A stretch of DNA of 64,000 nucleotides from the IMG/VR virus record IMGVR_UViG_3300048927_000250, positions 151,419 to 215,418 of that record. The stretch is one strand, 5' to 3'. The notes beneath the pieces are model-generated. The model was not told where the DNA came from. It saw nothing but the letters and a program-made list of their open reading frames with translations, and did not search any database. This document shows, piece after piece, positions 8,938 through 18,134 of this stretch; positions within the stretch are counted from its first letter, which is position 1, and every line of letters starts with the position of its first letter. The position numbers and the translations under genes were made by a program.

Positions 8938-10296
8938 TTAACGACGCCAGCCGCCGCGTCCACGGTCGCGACTGCGGTCATCACGTACGGATTCACCCCA
9001 GTCACGGCTGATACCGGAGGAGGTGGTTTCACGTGCATCATCGCGTCCACGCCCGCGGTCATCTTCGCGGTCACGGCTATAGCGGTCGTCACGGTCACGT
9101 TCACGACCACGGCGGTCGTCGTAATCATCACGGCTGCGACCACGGTCACGACTGTAACGACTGTCGCGGTCATCGCGGTCGTCATCACGCCCACGTCCAC
9201 CCCAGTTACCACCACGTCCACCACGGTCATCGTCACGTTCGTCACGACGTCCGCCACCCCAAGAGGCACGACGAGGTTCATCACGGCTACCACGATTGTC
9301 CGTATAACGGTTTCCGCCACGGCTGTGCTGGTCACGGAGTTCACGACGTTCTTCACGTCCTTTCTCTTTGGCCAGACGGTCCTTCTCTTCCTTCAGCGTC
9401 CCTTCGTCCGCTTCCCCTTCGTTACCCGGCAGAGAGGATGGAATGTCTAAACGGTAATCGTTCAGCATTGACATCTCTTTCGTCCAGTTGGTCGGGATAA
9501 TCCAGGCTTTCAGCGCCGGGTTATAGGACTCAAAGATTTTGAGCTGTGCGTTGATGTCTTTCGCCACACGGCTGTAGGCCATCATTAACGCATGGAAGTT
9601 TGGAGCCACCGGTGAATTCGACCCGTAGTTGTAATGCAGGTCGGCTTCGTCGATACCCGGCAGGATGTGACGAATCAGCTTGAAGAAAGCTTCTTTGTCA
9701 GAGACCCGTGCCAGGTTCTTACCGTAGATGGCTTTACCGCCGGTGTACTCTTCATCCATCACGGGGAAGGACACGGAACACAGACGTGCCACTTCTTCGC
9801 CTTTCCAGGTACCGTTACGACGCACGAACAGGTTGATGAGGGCTTTCTCCTCACCGTCCATGTTCTTCAACAGAACGTCTTTGATACCTTTATAGGTGCG
9901 CTCGTCCGCATCTTCCATCAGACGCAGGAAGCCTTTCTGTTCGGTGGTAACCTGAGAATGCTGCTCGGTTTCCGCCGCCAGTTTGCTCATGGTCAGAATC
10001 AGTTCAGTCAGTGCGCCGTTCAAATGGTGTTGTGCCATCTTCACGGTACGTTCATGAATCAGAGACTTCTTACGAATCAGGTTCTCACCGAGCGGATGGA
10101 ATGCCCAGAAGTTATCCCAGTCTGGGTCAGCCAGGAACTCTTCGGTTGGGACACGCAGTTGCTTCCCTTCGATGGTGAAGGGGATGTTAACCCCCTCCTG
10201 TTTCAGCGTTACGAAGCCGGTGTCGTCAACTGACAGTCCAATGGCAGTAAGGACTTGACCGTAAAACTTCGCAATAGGTTTCTTTTTATCGGACAT
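8938..10296 (-). CDS. Conserved core protein (phiKZ gp70 position) with R/D/G-rich disordered tail
   Basis: Folded N-terminal ~330 aa followed by ~130 aa of RD/RG repeats; synteny. Confidence 0.75.
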   Translation of the reverse strand: MSDKKKPIAKFYGQVLTAIGLSVDDTGFVTLKQEGVNIPFTIEGKQLRVPTEEFLADPDWDNFWAFHPLGENLIRKKSLIHERTVKMAQHHLNGALTELILTMSKLAAETEQHSQVTTEQKGFLRLMEDADERTYKGIKDVLLKNMDGEEKALINLFVRRNGTWKGEEVARLCSVSFPVMDEEYTGGKAIYGKNLARVSDKEAFFKLIRHILPGIDEADLHYNYGSNSPVAPNFHALMMAYSRVAKDINAQLKIFESYNPALKAWIIPTNWTKEMSMLNDYRLDIPSSLPGNEGEADEGTLKEEKDRLAKEKGREERRELRDQHSRGGNRYTDNRGSRDEPRRASWGGGRRDERDDDRGGRGGNWGGRGRDDDRDDRDSRYSRDRGRSRDDYDDRRGRERDRDDRYSRDREDDRGRGRDDARETTSSGISRDWGESVRDDRSRDRGRGGWRR

Positions 10297-10310
10297 TTTC
10301 TACTGGTTCC

Positions 10311-11843
10311 TTATAAATCGAGCAGGAAGCGTGACGCAGACGTTTCTTCACGACGGGTGTCGCGGCTACGGCTGTTATGGTCAATCGCGGCGGTAATCAG
10401 GTCGTCCATGTCGTTCACGATGTTTTGCAGGACACTACTGTCATTTGCTTTCATCGGAGACAACAGGCCATCACAGAAGACCGGTGAGTTAAACGGTTCC
10501 ATTGGACTACCGTCAACGGAGATTTTAATCAGCATGTCAGTAGTAACACGGATGTTCACGGACATGTTGAACGGCAGCTGGTTGTTACGAGACAACAGCA
10601 GACCCAGGTCGGTTTCCAGACGCAGTTCCAGCGCCTGTTCGTAACGGGAGATATCCATGTCACGAATCAGCGGCATTGCGTTGATAACGCTGCAACGAAT
10701 TTGACCGTCGAGAGTTTCGTTGGTCATTTCGATGATGGCAGACGAGATGAAGTTGTTCATGACCAGAGCAGGTAAGGTCTTCGCAATCATCTCAGCGGCC
10801 ATGGTCACGTTGTTCGCGCCACGCCATTCGTTGGTATCACCACGACGAACACGGTTGGTGTCGGTATGACGAGCAGAGCCGAAGCCTACCATCATTGCAC
10901 GCACATCACGCGGCCAGTCAACACAGTCCTGGAATTCAGAGAATGTGATTTCGGCATTGCGTTCGTATTCGGTACGAGACAGGAAGTTACGGAACAGTTC
11001 ATTACGGTGCAACTCGGTGCCACGCAACATCGCTGCTGCACGTTCGCTCGGGTTGAGGTCGTCCTGACGTTCCATTTCTTCGTCCATACGGTTATCGTCA
11101 GAATGACGGGTACCGCGTTCGTTCTGGTCAACGGTTTCCGCCGTTACACCGGTACGAATGATATCGGACAGGTAGTTCGCTGGGTTGTTGTGGATACGAC
11201 GGGCTGTCTTAAAATCACCGGACAGGTTCGTACGGGAATCGTTGTACGCATCAGCGCCACCGAAACGTCCCACGGTTTGTGCTTCGGACTTCTGGAAGAA
11301 GATGTCCTGTGGACGAATCAGAGTATCATGGTTCTGCACGCCAATGAGGTTACGTTCCGTTGCACGACGGCCACGGATGATGTACTCACTGGATTCCATA
11401 CGGCTACCACGACGACGGCCACGACCCGTTTCAATTTCTTCATCACGGATGGTGAACGTGTTGTTGATGTACAGCACGGTATCCGGGTCCATCTCACCGG
11501 ACAACGACAGGTCAGCTTTGTCAGTAAAGCCGGTCAGTACCTGACGGCAGGAAGACCCTGCGTAGTCTTCGGTCAGGACCACGATGATGAACGCCAGACG
11601 TTCTTCATCCCAACCGTTGGCAATCTGGATAATGTCATTACGACCCACATCGGCACGCAGTTCCAGGATTTCACCTACAGCACGGGCGCAGGTGGAGGCA
11701 TCCAGGTTACGCCCATCATTGGTTTCACGCAGGAAGGTTTCACGTACATGGTCAGAACGACGGTTCGGGACGTAGTGACGACCGTACTGGTCTTCTTGAC
11801 CGGAAGTTACGTAGAAGGTTGCTTCAAGTACACGCGGTTCCAT
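10311..11843 (-). CDS. picA: Probable nuclear protein-import factor PicA/Imp1 (phiKZ gp69 position)
   Basis: 510 aa gene directly after the gp68-like subunit; assignment mainly by synteny and size. Confidence 0.55.
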   Translation of the reverse strand: MEPRVLEATFYVTSGQEDQYGRHYVPNRRSDHVRETFLRETNDGRNLDASTCARAVGEILELRADVGRNDIIQIANGWDEERLAFIIVVLTEDYAGSSCRQVLTGFTDKADLSLSGEMDPDTVLYINNTFTIRDEEIETGRGRRRGSRMESSEYIIRGRRATERNLIGVQNHDTLIRPQDIFFQKSEAQTVGRFGGADAYNDSRTNLSGDFKTARRIHNNPANYLSDIIRTGVTAETVDQNERGTRHSDDNRMDEEMERQDDLNPSERAAAMLRGTELHRNELFRNFLSRTEYERNAEITFSEFQDCVDWPRDVRAMMVGFGSARHTDTNRVRRGDTNEWRGANNVTMAAEMIAKTLPALVMNNFISSAIIEMTNETLDGQIRCSVINAMPLIRDMDISRYEQALELRLETDLGLLLSRNNQLPFNMSVNIRVTTDMLIKISVDGSPMEPFNSPVFCDGLLSPMKANDSSVLQNIVNDMDDLITAAIDHNSRSRDTRREETSASRFLLDL

Positions 11844-11858
11844 TTATAGGCCTCGTTA

Positions 11859-13412
11859 TTAGGAATTGAGTTTAATGTAAAAGTCTGCTAACACCTGGCG
11901 GAAATTCATCGGCACGATGTAGCAACTGTCTTCGACGCGAATCATTTCTGATTCATCGTGGATAGCATCAACAACTTGTGGTGACCAGCAGTGGTCTGAG
12001 CACGCCGCCATGATTGCTTCAATTGCAATCACCGCCGGGTTCTTAGACGTGGTGCGGTTACCTTGTTTGTTCAGCTTCACGGTACGTCGATAAGGGAGCA
12101 ACTTCTCCAGCGCCGAGTTCTGGTAATCTTTGGTTTGAACACGGCCGAATTTGTTGTCCCCTAGAGAGGGGTCACGGCGTCGAGCTTCGCTTGCGCCAAT
12201 CAATTCTGCGATGGTGGAGAATCCCCACTCATGACAGACGACCTGTGCAATCGACATCAGCTTGACCGTACCATCTCGGTTGATGTATCCGTAAGAACGT
12301 GGCGTAACGACCGGCTTGGTAATTAACCCTGCCAGACGCATCTGAAACTCTTTCGGGTTGAAAGACTTCCTTGCCATGTTCATGTTGATTTGATGACGCA
12401 CCATCTCCAGGTCAATGTCCGGCTTTATCGCCAGTGCATTCGCCCTGTCGTCTTCTGTATAGAAGTCGAAGATGGCTTCTGTTACCTCCGAAACGTTAGC
12501 ACGTAATGTATGGTTCTCCGCTGTGGATGTATTGTCCTCTTCGTTTTTGCCACCACGGTCTATCTCTTTATCGCGGACACGGAACCCCTGGCGTTCTTCT
12601 ACGGCTTTGACACGGGTGTCAATGTAGTTGAACAAGTTCGCAATGACGTTCCCCGTCTTCTCCTGGTCATCGTCTTTGTGCGACAGACGAATCTGGGTCA
12701 AACGGTCAACAACGCATTGACTGAACATCCAGTCTGGCATGTCCAACGTCCCAATCCCTTGCAGTAACGTACTGGTGCCGGAAATGATTCCTTTGTGCTC
12801 CAACGTTGCACTCACGAATTCTTCCAGACGCTGATAAGCATTGCTCTCAGCCAGTACCGTTTGTTCCACTAACCCCAACGCCCGTTTCTCTGGGAACGTA
12901 TCGGTTATTGAGTTACGCATCCCGAGGTATTCCCCCCAGATAGGTAACATCACTTTCAGTACCACCGACAATGCTGTCAAGTCATGGTACTCAGGTTCCA
13001 GGTAGGTTTGCTCTACCCGGTGTCCGTCGTTTAGGGTGGTCGCCAACGTATCCGGGAAACGGATGTCGCTGTGCGTTTTCACCCAATGGCACATCAGGTC
13101 AACCGGATGCAATGCCATTAATTTTTTCACCACGTCCCGTACTTCACGGAAGCGGTATGTTTGGTTAATCGTGTTATTCAACGATTCTGCTGCTTCTTTA
13201 AACAACGCAAAGACTTCACGGGTTTCATCATCCCCCATCTTCTCACGCCATTCCCAATAATTGTTAATGTCGCGGAAAGTATCGTTGATGTCGCCTGCCC
13301 GGATTTTCGAATAGTACCCAAGGTTGTAAACAATCTGTTCACTCCCATGCTCGATTATAACCGCTTTGGTTTCACCGAGCAGCTCAACATCAGAGCGGAT
13401 TCTCATTGACAC
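11859..13412 (-). CDS. nvRNAP sigma-like subunit (phiKZ gp68-like)
   Basis: 517 aa, helical, at the conserved position between the ChmC-like and PicA-like genes. Confidence 0.65.
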   Translation of the reverse strand: MSMRIRSDVELLGETKAVIIEHGSEQIVYNLGYYSKIRAGDINDTFRDINNYWEWREKMGDDETREVFALFKEAAESLNNTINQTYRFREVRDVVKKLMALHPVDLMCHWVKTHSDIRFPDTLATTLNDGHRVEQTYLEPEYHDLTALSVVLKVMLPIWGEYLGMRNSITDTFPEKRALGLVEQTVLAESNAYQRLEEFVSATLEHKGIISGTSTLLQGIGTLDMPDWMFSQCVVDRLTQIRLSHKDDDQEKTGNVIANLFNYIDTRVKAVEERQGFRVRDKEIDRGGKNEEDNTSTAENHTLRANVSEVTEAIFDFYTEDDRANALAIKPDIDLEMVRHQINMNMARKSFNPKEFQMRLAGLITKPVVTPRSYGYINRDGTVKLMSIAQVVCHEWGFSTIAELIGASEARRRDPSLGDNKFGRVQTKDYQNSALEKLLPYRRTVKLNKQGNRTTSKNPAVIAIEAIMAACSDHCWSPQVVDAIHDESEMIRVEDSCYIVPMNFRQVLADFYIKLNS

Positions 13413-13462
13413 TTCTCCTTAAAAAGTATAACCATTGTCAATAAAGCCAATGCTTCACTTAG

Positions 13463-13470
13463 GTAATATA
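13463..13470 (-). promoter_or_regulatory. Early-type promoter motif TATATTAC
   Basis: Exact consensus with the same AGTATATATTAC context as 7869-7880; upstream of the gp68-like gene. Confidence 0.7.
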
Positions 13471-13494
13471 TACTCGAGTCTTTTTAAGATTCGG

Positions 13495-13525
13495 AATAAA
13501 CCGTCGCGGCCTTAGCCGCGACGGT
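13495..13525 (-). terminator. Intrinsic terminator
   Basis: ACCGTCGCGGC-CTTA-GCCGCGACGGT 11-bp stem followed by TTTATT on the minus strand. Confidence 0.8.
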
Positions 13526-13566
13526 CATCGCTGTGCTGTCTTTGCTACATGCTCAGACGAAGGGAA

Positions 13567-14346
13567 TCAGAACGGGATGTCGGAATCGAAATCGCCGCCA
13601 GTGGCGCTACCACCACCAGTTTCGCCGCCCCATCCGCCGCCTGTAGCCTGCTGTTGAGGAGCTTGTTGTTGCTGGTTCTGTTGAGGTTTGCCCCAACCGC
13701 CGCCGCCCTGGCCGCCGTTCCCACCACCGTTCCGGCCGGAGAAGGCATTCTTGCGTTTGTTCTCTGAGGCAATCTTTACCTCATCGCGGTCCATGTAACC
13801 GGCGTCAATCAGACGGAAGAACTGACGTTCGAAGATTTTCGCTTTCGCACGGGCCACCAACATGGAGGCTTCGTTGTTCGGCAGGATAGAACCGTCTTTC
13901 GCCTGGTAGACAACGTCACGACCCGGCTTGAAGTAGAACTTCACGCTTGGACGACCCTGTTGCGCCAGACCGAAGAACACACCATCGTTGTCACGCATGA
14001 TAACCAGTGACACGTCCAGCTCTTTTTTATCCAGCTTCTTACCGAACTTCCACAGCACCATGTTACCCACTTTGAAGAAATCACGGGTACCAGAGGCAAT
14101 GGCGTGGAGCTCGTCCAGAATAATCTGGAGGTTTTCCGGGTCGGTATAGAAGTCGATGCGACTGTTTTTATCATCGGTACGCAGGTTAACACCGATGTGC
14201 GGGATAGCCACTTTACCGTTTTCTTCGTAACGGAAGTCCCAGAACATGAACGGTTGTTTGTCACCGCCATTCAGGGGGTCCGCGAACAGACGCATGTTCC
14301 AGTCATCCAGTAAACGCGTCGGTCGGTTCAGCTTGTTATCAGCCAT
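13567..14346 (-). CDS. chmC: SSB-fold nucleic-acid-binding protein, probably ChmC (phiKZ gp67/Imp6 position)
   Basis: beta-rich core, G/Q-rich linker, acidic C-terminus DFDSDIPF; directly upstream of the gp68-like gene. Confidence 0.55.
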   Translation of the reverse strand: MADNKLNRPTRLLDDWNMRLFADPLNGGDKQPFMFWDFRYEENGKVAIPHIGVNLRTDDKNSRIDFYTDPENLQIILDELHAIASGTRDFFKVGNMVLWKFGKKLDKKELDVSLVIMRDNDGVFFGLAQQGRPSVKFYFKPGRDVVYQAKDGSILPNNEASMLVARAKAKIFERQFFRLIDAGYMDRDEVKIASENKRKNAFSGRNGGGNGGQGGGGWGKPQQNQQQQAPQQQATGGGWGGETGGGSATGGDFDSDIPF

Positions 14347-14414
14347 TGTTCATTCGCCTTCTTAGGTTTTGATAAGGGGTCCACATTAGATAAGACCCGT
14401 TCGTAAAAAATGTC

Positions 14415-15275
14415 TCACAGCAGGCGCTGGAGCTGCTTCGCCAGGAATTGGTCCTTCATTCCCTTCAAGTTATACTTGATTTTTTCCATGGTGGTAACCG
14501 GGGTCCACTTGGCCGAGGTGGCCACTTCGAGCAGTTCACGTCGGGCTTTAATTGCCCAACGATTGAAGTGAACCCCACCGTCACCAAACACCTGGATGGT
14601 AAAGTAGTTGAAAGGAACAATCTTCATCTCTTTACCTTCCGTCAGTTTGGTGGACCACTGACTTTTGGACTTGATGGCACCGGTATGGGATTCCAGTAAA
14701 CGCAACTGGTTGAACTTGGTACGGGAGAGCAGGTCAACCGGACAATGGGTAATAATCAGCGACTTGGTCTGTTCACCACGAAGTTCGCTTCCTTTATCCT
14801 GTTCGATTAACGTGTCGGCGTCTTCCATTAACACGTAGTCCAGTGTGCGTTCCATCAGGTCGGCGTACTGCTGTTGCAACGGGGTTGTTGGGACACGCAG
14901 AATCGCCATTGGGTACTTCTTGGCGAGGTCTTTGTACCCCAGGTGGTACACACGTACCCCTTTCAACTTACCGTCCAGGAAGCCGCGTATCTGTTGCAGT
15001 TCTTCCTTCATGGTGTCTGCCATCGCCTTACAGATTTGACGATAGTGGGCGTCCATTTGTGCAGGGGACGGCGGTTTAATCATCCGTTCCCGGTCTTCGC
15101 GTTCAATGGCGTCGTAGATGTTACGCCACAGCGTACGAATGTTAATCCACAGCGTATCGTACTTCTCATACACCGCAGGTTCTTTCAATGCTTCGATGGC
15201 CATGGACGTGCCGATGGATAACGGAAGTTCACCGGTAGCACGCTTGGCCAATATGTCATACGGGTCTGCTGCCAT
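14415..15275 (-). CDS. Conserved core protein, possible PIN/FEN-like 5' nuclease fold
   Basis: 286 aa; TLWINIRTLWRN and LIITHCPVDLL patterns; the fold call is tentative. Confidence 0.5.
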   Translation of the reverse strand: MAADPYDILAKRATGELPLSIGTSMAIEALKEPAVYEKYDTLWINIRTLWRNIYDAIEREDRERMIKPPSPAQMDAHYRQICKAMADTMKEELQQIRGFLDGKLKGVRVYHLGYKDLAKKYPMAILRVPTTPLQQQYADLMERTLDYVLMEDADTLIEQDKGSELRGEQTKSLIITHCPVDLLSRTKFNQLRLLESHTGAIKSKSQWSTKLTEGKEMKIVPFNYFTIQVFGDGGVHFNRWAIKARRELLEVATSAKWTPVTTMEKIKYNLKGMKDQFLAKQLQRLL

Positions 15276-15304
15276 GTCGTCGCTCCTTTAGATAGATGGG
15301 TTAA

Positions 15305-15337
15305 GAACTGCTACAGGGGACCCACCCCTGTAGCAGT
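15305..15337 (-). terminator. Putative terminator hairpin
   Basis: ACTGCTACAGGGG...CCCCTGTAGCAGT 13-bp stem. Confidence 0.6.
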
Positions 15338-15339
15338 CG

Positions 15340-16485
15340 TCAGTGCATTACGCCGCGGACCAAGTTCACCGCGTGATTGATTCGTCCAGAAGCTTCTCCG
15401 GTACTTTGCAGGTGCTCGGTCAACAACCCGACCAGGTTCTCTTCCGTGAGCGGGGTAACCGCATTGCCCACGTTCAACAACTTGAAACCGGTGTTAACCT
15501 TGTTGTCTTTTTTACCGCCCTTCTCTATCGACGTTAAGATGTAATCCTGGTACAAGTCCTGGAGTTCTTCGAGAATCGCCCGCATGGGGTCAGTGGCTCC
15601 GTGCTCCAGTCGGATAGCACTCCCTTTCGGTAAGTTCTGTCCTTCAATTAACTGGGCAATGTCCGTGACGGTAAAGTCATAGACTGCGAGGGTCACGTAC
15701 TTTTTCGCCAGCTGATTCTCAATAAACCGGAACTCGTGCTCCACTTTATTTCGGTAAGTAATGTCCAGGAACCCTTTCGCTTCTTCTTCCCCGTGCCCAC
15801 AGCGGTTCGTTGAACCGATGGAGATGTGTTTCAGAAAACGCGAGAAGGTATGGACATGTCCGGAAAGGATTGCCATCGTTACCAGTTCAGACCATTTCTC
15901 TGCATCGTGATACGCAGGGGACTGGTGTCCTTGTAACTGGTGTAACCATGCCCCGTGCATAATAGACAGGTCAGCTTTGGCCAGGCCACGCGAATGCAAC
16001 AGCTCTTTCGCTTGCTGGTAAGTCTGTTCGGCTTCGGGGTGGTACTCATCAGGAATGTACAACACGTTCAGGTCGTACTCTTCCATGTAGTCCAGCGTCA
16101 TGGTGGTGAAGTACTTTACATCGCAGTTCGTTTCCATGGCTTCGTTCAACCAAAGGAAATGTTTTGACTGTCCGCGGTCATGGGAGCGCGTTCCTTCCAG
16201 GATACGCAGTTTGATGTTGTACTTTGCACACACACGCAGGACGTGCGCCATGGCCATCTGCGCCGCGTAGACGTCTTCGTCTGACATGGTAAGCAAATGG
16301 TCAAAGAAGTCGCCAGGGATGAAACAGATGTCGTACACGGCGGTTTCGGGGCTATCCGGGAAATACCGGCGAACCGCAGCTAACGTTGACAGGGATGGCG
16401 TACGATTGTGTCCGAAATGTGGGTCACTGAACACAAAGATACGCAGCCACTCAGAAATCGTCTTCAACAAAGTCGACGTCGCCAA
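15340..16485 (-). CDS. SbcD/Mre11-like metallophosphoesterase nuclease
   Basis: SDPHFGH, GDFFD, GTRSHD, MHG and SGHVH motifs. Confidence 0.9.
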   Translation of the reverse strand: MATSTLLKTISEWLRIFVFSDPHFGHNRTPSLSTLAAVRRYFPDSPETAVYDICFIPGDFFDHLLTMSDEDVYAAQMAMAHVLRVCAKYNIKLRILEGTRSHDRGQSKHFLWLNEAMETNCDVKYFTTMTLDYMEEYDLNVLYIPDEYHPEAEQTYQQAKELLHSRGLAKADLSIMHGAWLHQLQGHQSPAYHDAEKWSELVTMAILSGHVHTFSRFLKHISIGSTNRCGHGEEEAKGFLDITYRNKVEHEFRFIENQLAKKYVTLAVYDFTVTDIAQLIEGQNLPKGSAIRLEHGATDPMRAILEELQDLYQDYILTSIEKGGKKDNKVNTGFKLLNVGNAVTPLTEENLVGLLTEHLQSTGEASGRINHAVNLVRGVMH

Positions 16486-17047
16486 TTTCGAAATCCTCAG
16501 TCGCGTTAACTACCGTAGCCCCTTTACTGCCCGGACCGAGTATCCCCGTCTTTGGTTTCCCGTCAAGGTAACCAAAGTCTTTCAGGATTTTGTACCAGTC
16601 CAACGCCCATTGTTTCTGCTGCGCATCACTTTGGGAGAGGTTGTTGAACATCTCTTTCTGCGCACGGATACCGAATGACACCAGGCGGTTCATCTGCGCT
16701 TGCATCATACGGGTACGGGATTCGATTGAATGGGGGTTCCCTGTCTGACGCGTCTGTACCGTACCGGTAATGGGTGGCACGGTATACAGGTGATTACCGG
16801 CTTTGTCCACAATCAATACTGGGCGGCGAGCGTTCTTTGACACTTCCGCTTCCCACATACGCAGGGCAGCCACCGAGTCTTTCGAATCCAGGTCACCGGC
16901 GAGGTATGGGAGATAACGAGTACGGAAGATGTCGATGTCAAGTTTGGGTAACTCTTCCATCGTGTACTCGGTAAGGATGTAGTCAAGGAATGACGTATCC
17001 TCAGGTTCTAAGGGAGGCGTCAGTTCCACTTCTTCGGGTTCAGTCAT
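16451..17047 (-). CDS. Conserved hypothetical protein
   Basis: 198 aa in the core operon; acidic termini. Confidence 0.75.
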   Translation of the reverse strand: MTEPEEVELTPPLEPEDTSFLDYILTEYTMEELPKLDIDIFRTRYLPYLAGDLDSKDSVAALRMWEAEVSKNARRPVLIVDKAGNHLYTVPPITGTVQTRQTGNPHSIESRTRMMQAQMNRLVSFGIRAQKEMFNNLSQSDAQQKQWALDWYKILKDFGYLDGKPKTGILGPGSKGATVVNATEDFEIGDVDFVEDDF

Positions 17048-17441
17048 CGCCGTTCGTCCTCTTTATAGTTTTCACGAAGGCACCGTTTCGGGATTGCACT
17101 TCATGGCCGACGTTAAAGTTCACACCATTGTACTTTCCCGTAATTTCTAACACGATGGTACAAATCCCGGTGGCCGTGTCTTCCTCTACTGAACAGGTGG
17201 CGTCAGCGGTTCCAAAGACACGGGTGAACAAATCCTTGTACATCTGCTCGACAGCGGCAGCCAGTTGCTCGGGTTTGTTGTTGAAGTCTTTCATCAACGT
17301 ATCGAGTGCGGCCACTTTACCGAAGTAGATTTCGCTGTAACGGTTTCGGGCAAAGATAGAGGCGGCAAAGACCTCGTCACAGATGGTCCCGATATCGGTG
17401 GCGTAGCCATTACCGTTCAGGGTAGGGAAGACAATAGACAT
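17040..17441 (-). CDS. Conserved hypothetical protein (possible gp25-like fold)
   Basis: Start moved to ATG 17441 (GAGGA SD); helix-helix-strand-strand pattern. Confidence 0.65.
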   Translation of the reverse strand: MSIVFPTLNGNGYATDIGTICDEVFAASIFARNRYSEIYFGKVAALDTLMKDFNNKPEQLAAAVEQMYKDLFTRVFGTADATCSVEEDTATGICTIVLEITGKYNGVNFNVGHEVQSRNGAFVKTIKRTNGDD

Positions 17442-17466
17442 GGGTAAATCCTCGCAGCTGAGATAC

Positions 17467-17494
17467 AAAAAAAGAAGGGGACCGAAGTCCCCTT
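17467..17494 (-). terminator. Intrinsic terminator with C(UUCG)G loop
   Basis: AAGGGGAC-TTCG-GTCCCCTT plus U-tract on the minus strand. Confidence 0.85.
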
Positions 17495-17498
17495 GCTT

Positions 17499-18134
17499 TT
17501 AGAGTTTTTCCAGGAATCGACTGGTTGGGTCGATACCATCGTCGAGTGCTGCATCCACCAACGCATGGGTTGCCAAGAGGTCAAGTTGCTGTTCAATGAA
17601 CAGTTCCTCTTCACCTTCCACGGTATGGGCACCAATCTCGTACTCTGTTACCCAACGCACGGTCTCGTCTTCTTGCTCTTCCGGTCTGGCTACGCCATTC
17701 TGGATAGCTTTCCAATACGGGTCCGGTGCATTCATTGGGGTCACATCAAATACCCCAGGTTTAGCACCCCAGGCCTCAATTGACTGCGAATGGTAGCGCG
17801 AACGTAAGCGCGGGTTAGCCAGAAGCCAGCGGCGCATGGTATCCGGTGCCATGGAGATTTCGCTGTAATCGTCCAGGTACTGAATTACGTTATCGCGATA
17901 CAGACCTCGCTTCGACGTGTTTAGCGCGTGTAAGGCGCGACGCACCGATGGGTCAAAGAGTCGGGTTAACGTGTCACGTGTCCGCTCCAGATACCCAACC
18001 GCGCGGTCAGACAAGTTTCTACTGTACTCTTCAAGACGTCGATAACCTTCTTCCAGATTACGGCGGTCGGGGATACCGAATGCCGAGGCCTGAAAGACGG
18101 TGTCATCTCCGTCAACAAAGTGAAATTTTACCAC
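17499..18134 (-). CDS. Conserved core protein downstream of beta'-N (possible phiKZ gp59/Imp3 position)
   Basis: 211 aa, coupled to the beta'-N stop; orthology unverified. Confidence 0.6.
   Translation of the reverse strand: MVKFHFVDGDDTVFQASAFGIPDRRNLEEGYRRLEEYSRNLSDRAVGYLERTRDTLTRLFDPSVRRALHALNTSKRGLYRDNVIQYLDDYSEISMAPDTMRRWLLANPRLRSRYHSQSIEAWGAKPGVFDVTPMNAPDPYWKAIQNGVARPEEQEDETVRWVTEYEIGAHTVEGEEELFIEQQLDLLATHALVDAALDDGIDPTSRFLEKL

Noticed and set aside
8859-9500. T/V-rich and H/R-rich alternative-frame ORFs (8859-9356, 8869-9450, 9033-9500)
   Set aside because: By-products of the GAC/CGT-rich repeat encoding the RD tail; no initiation signals.
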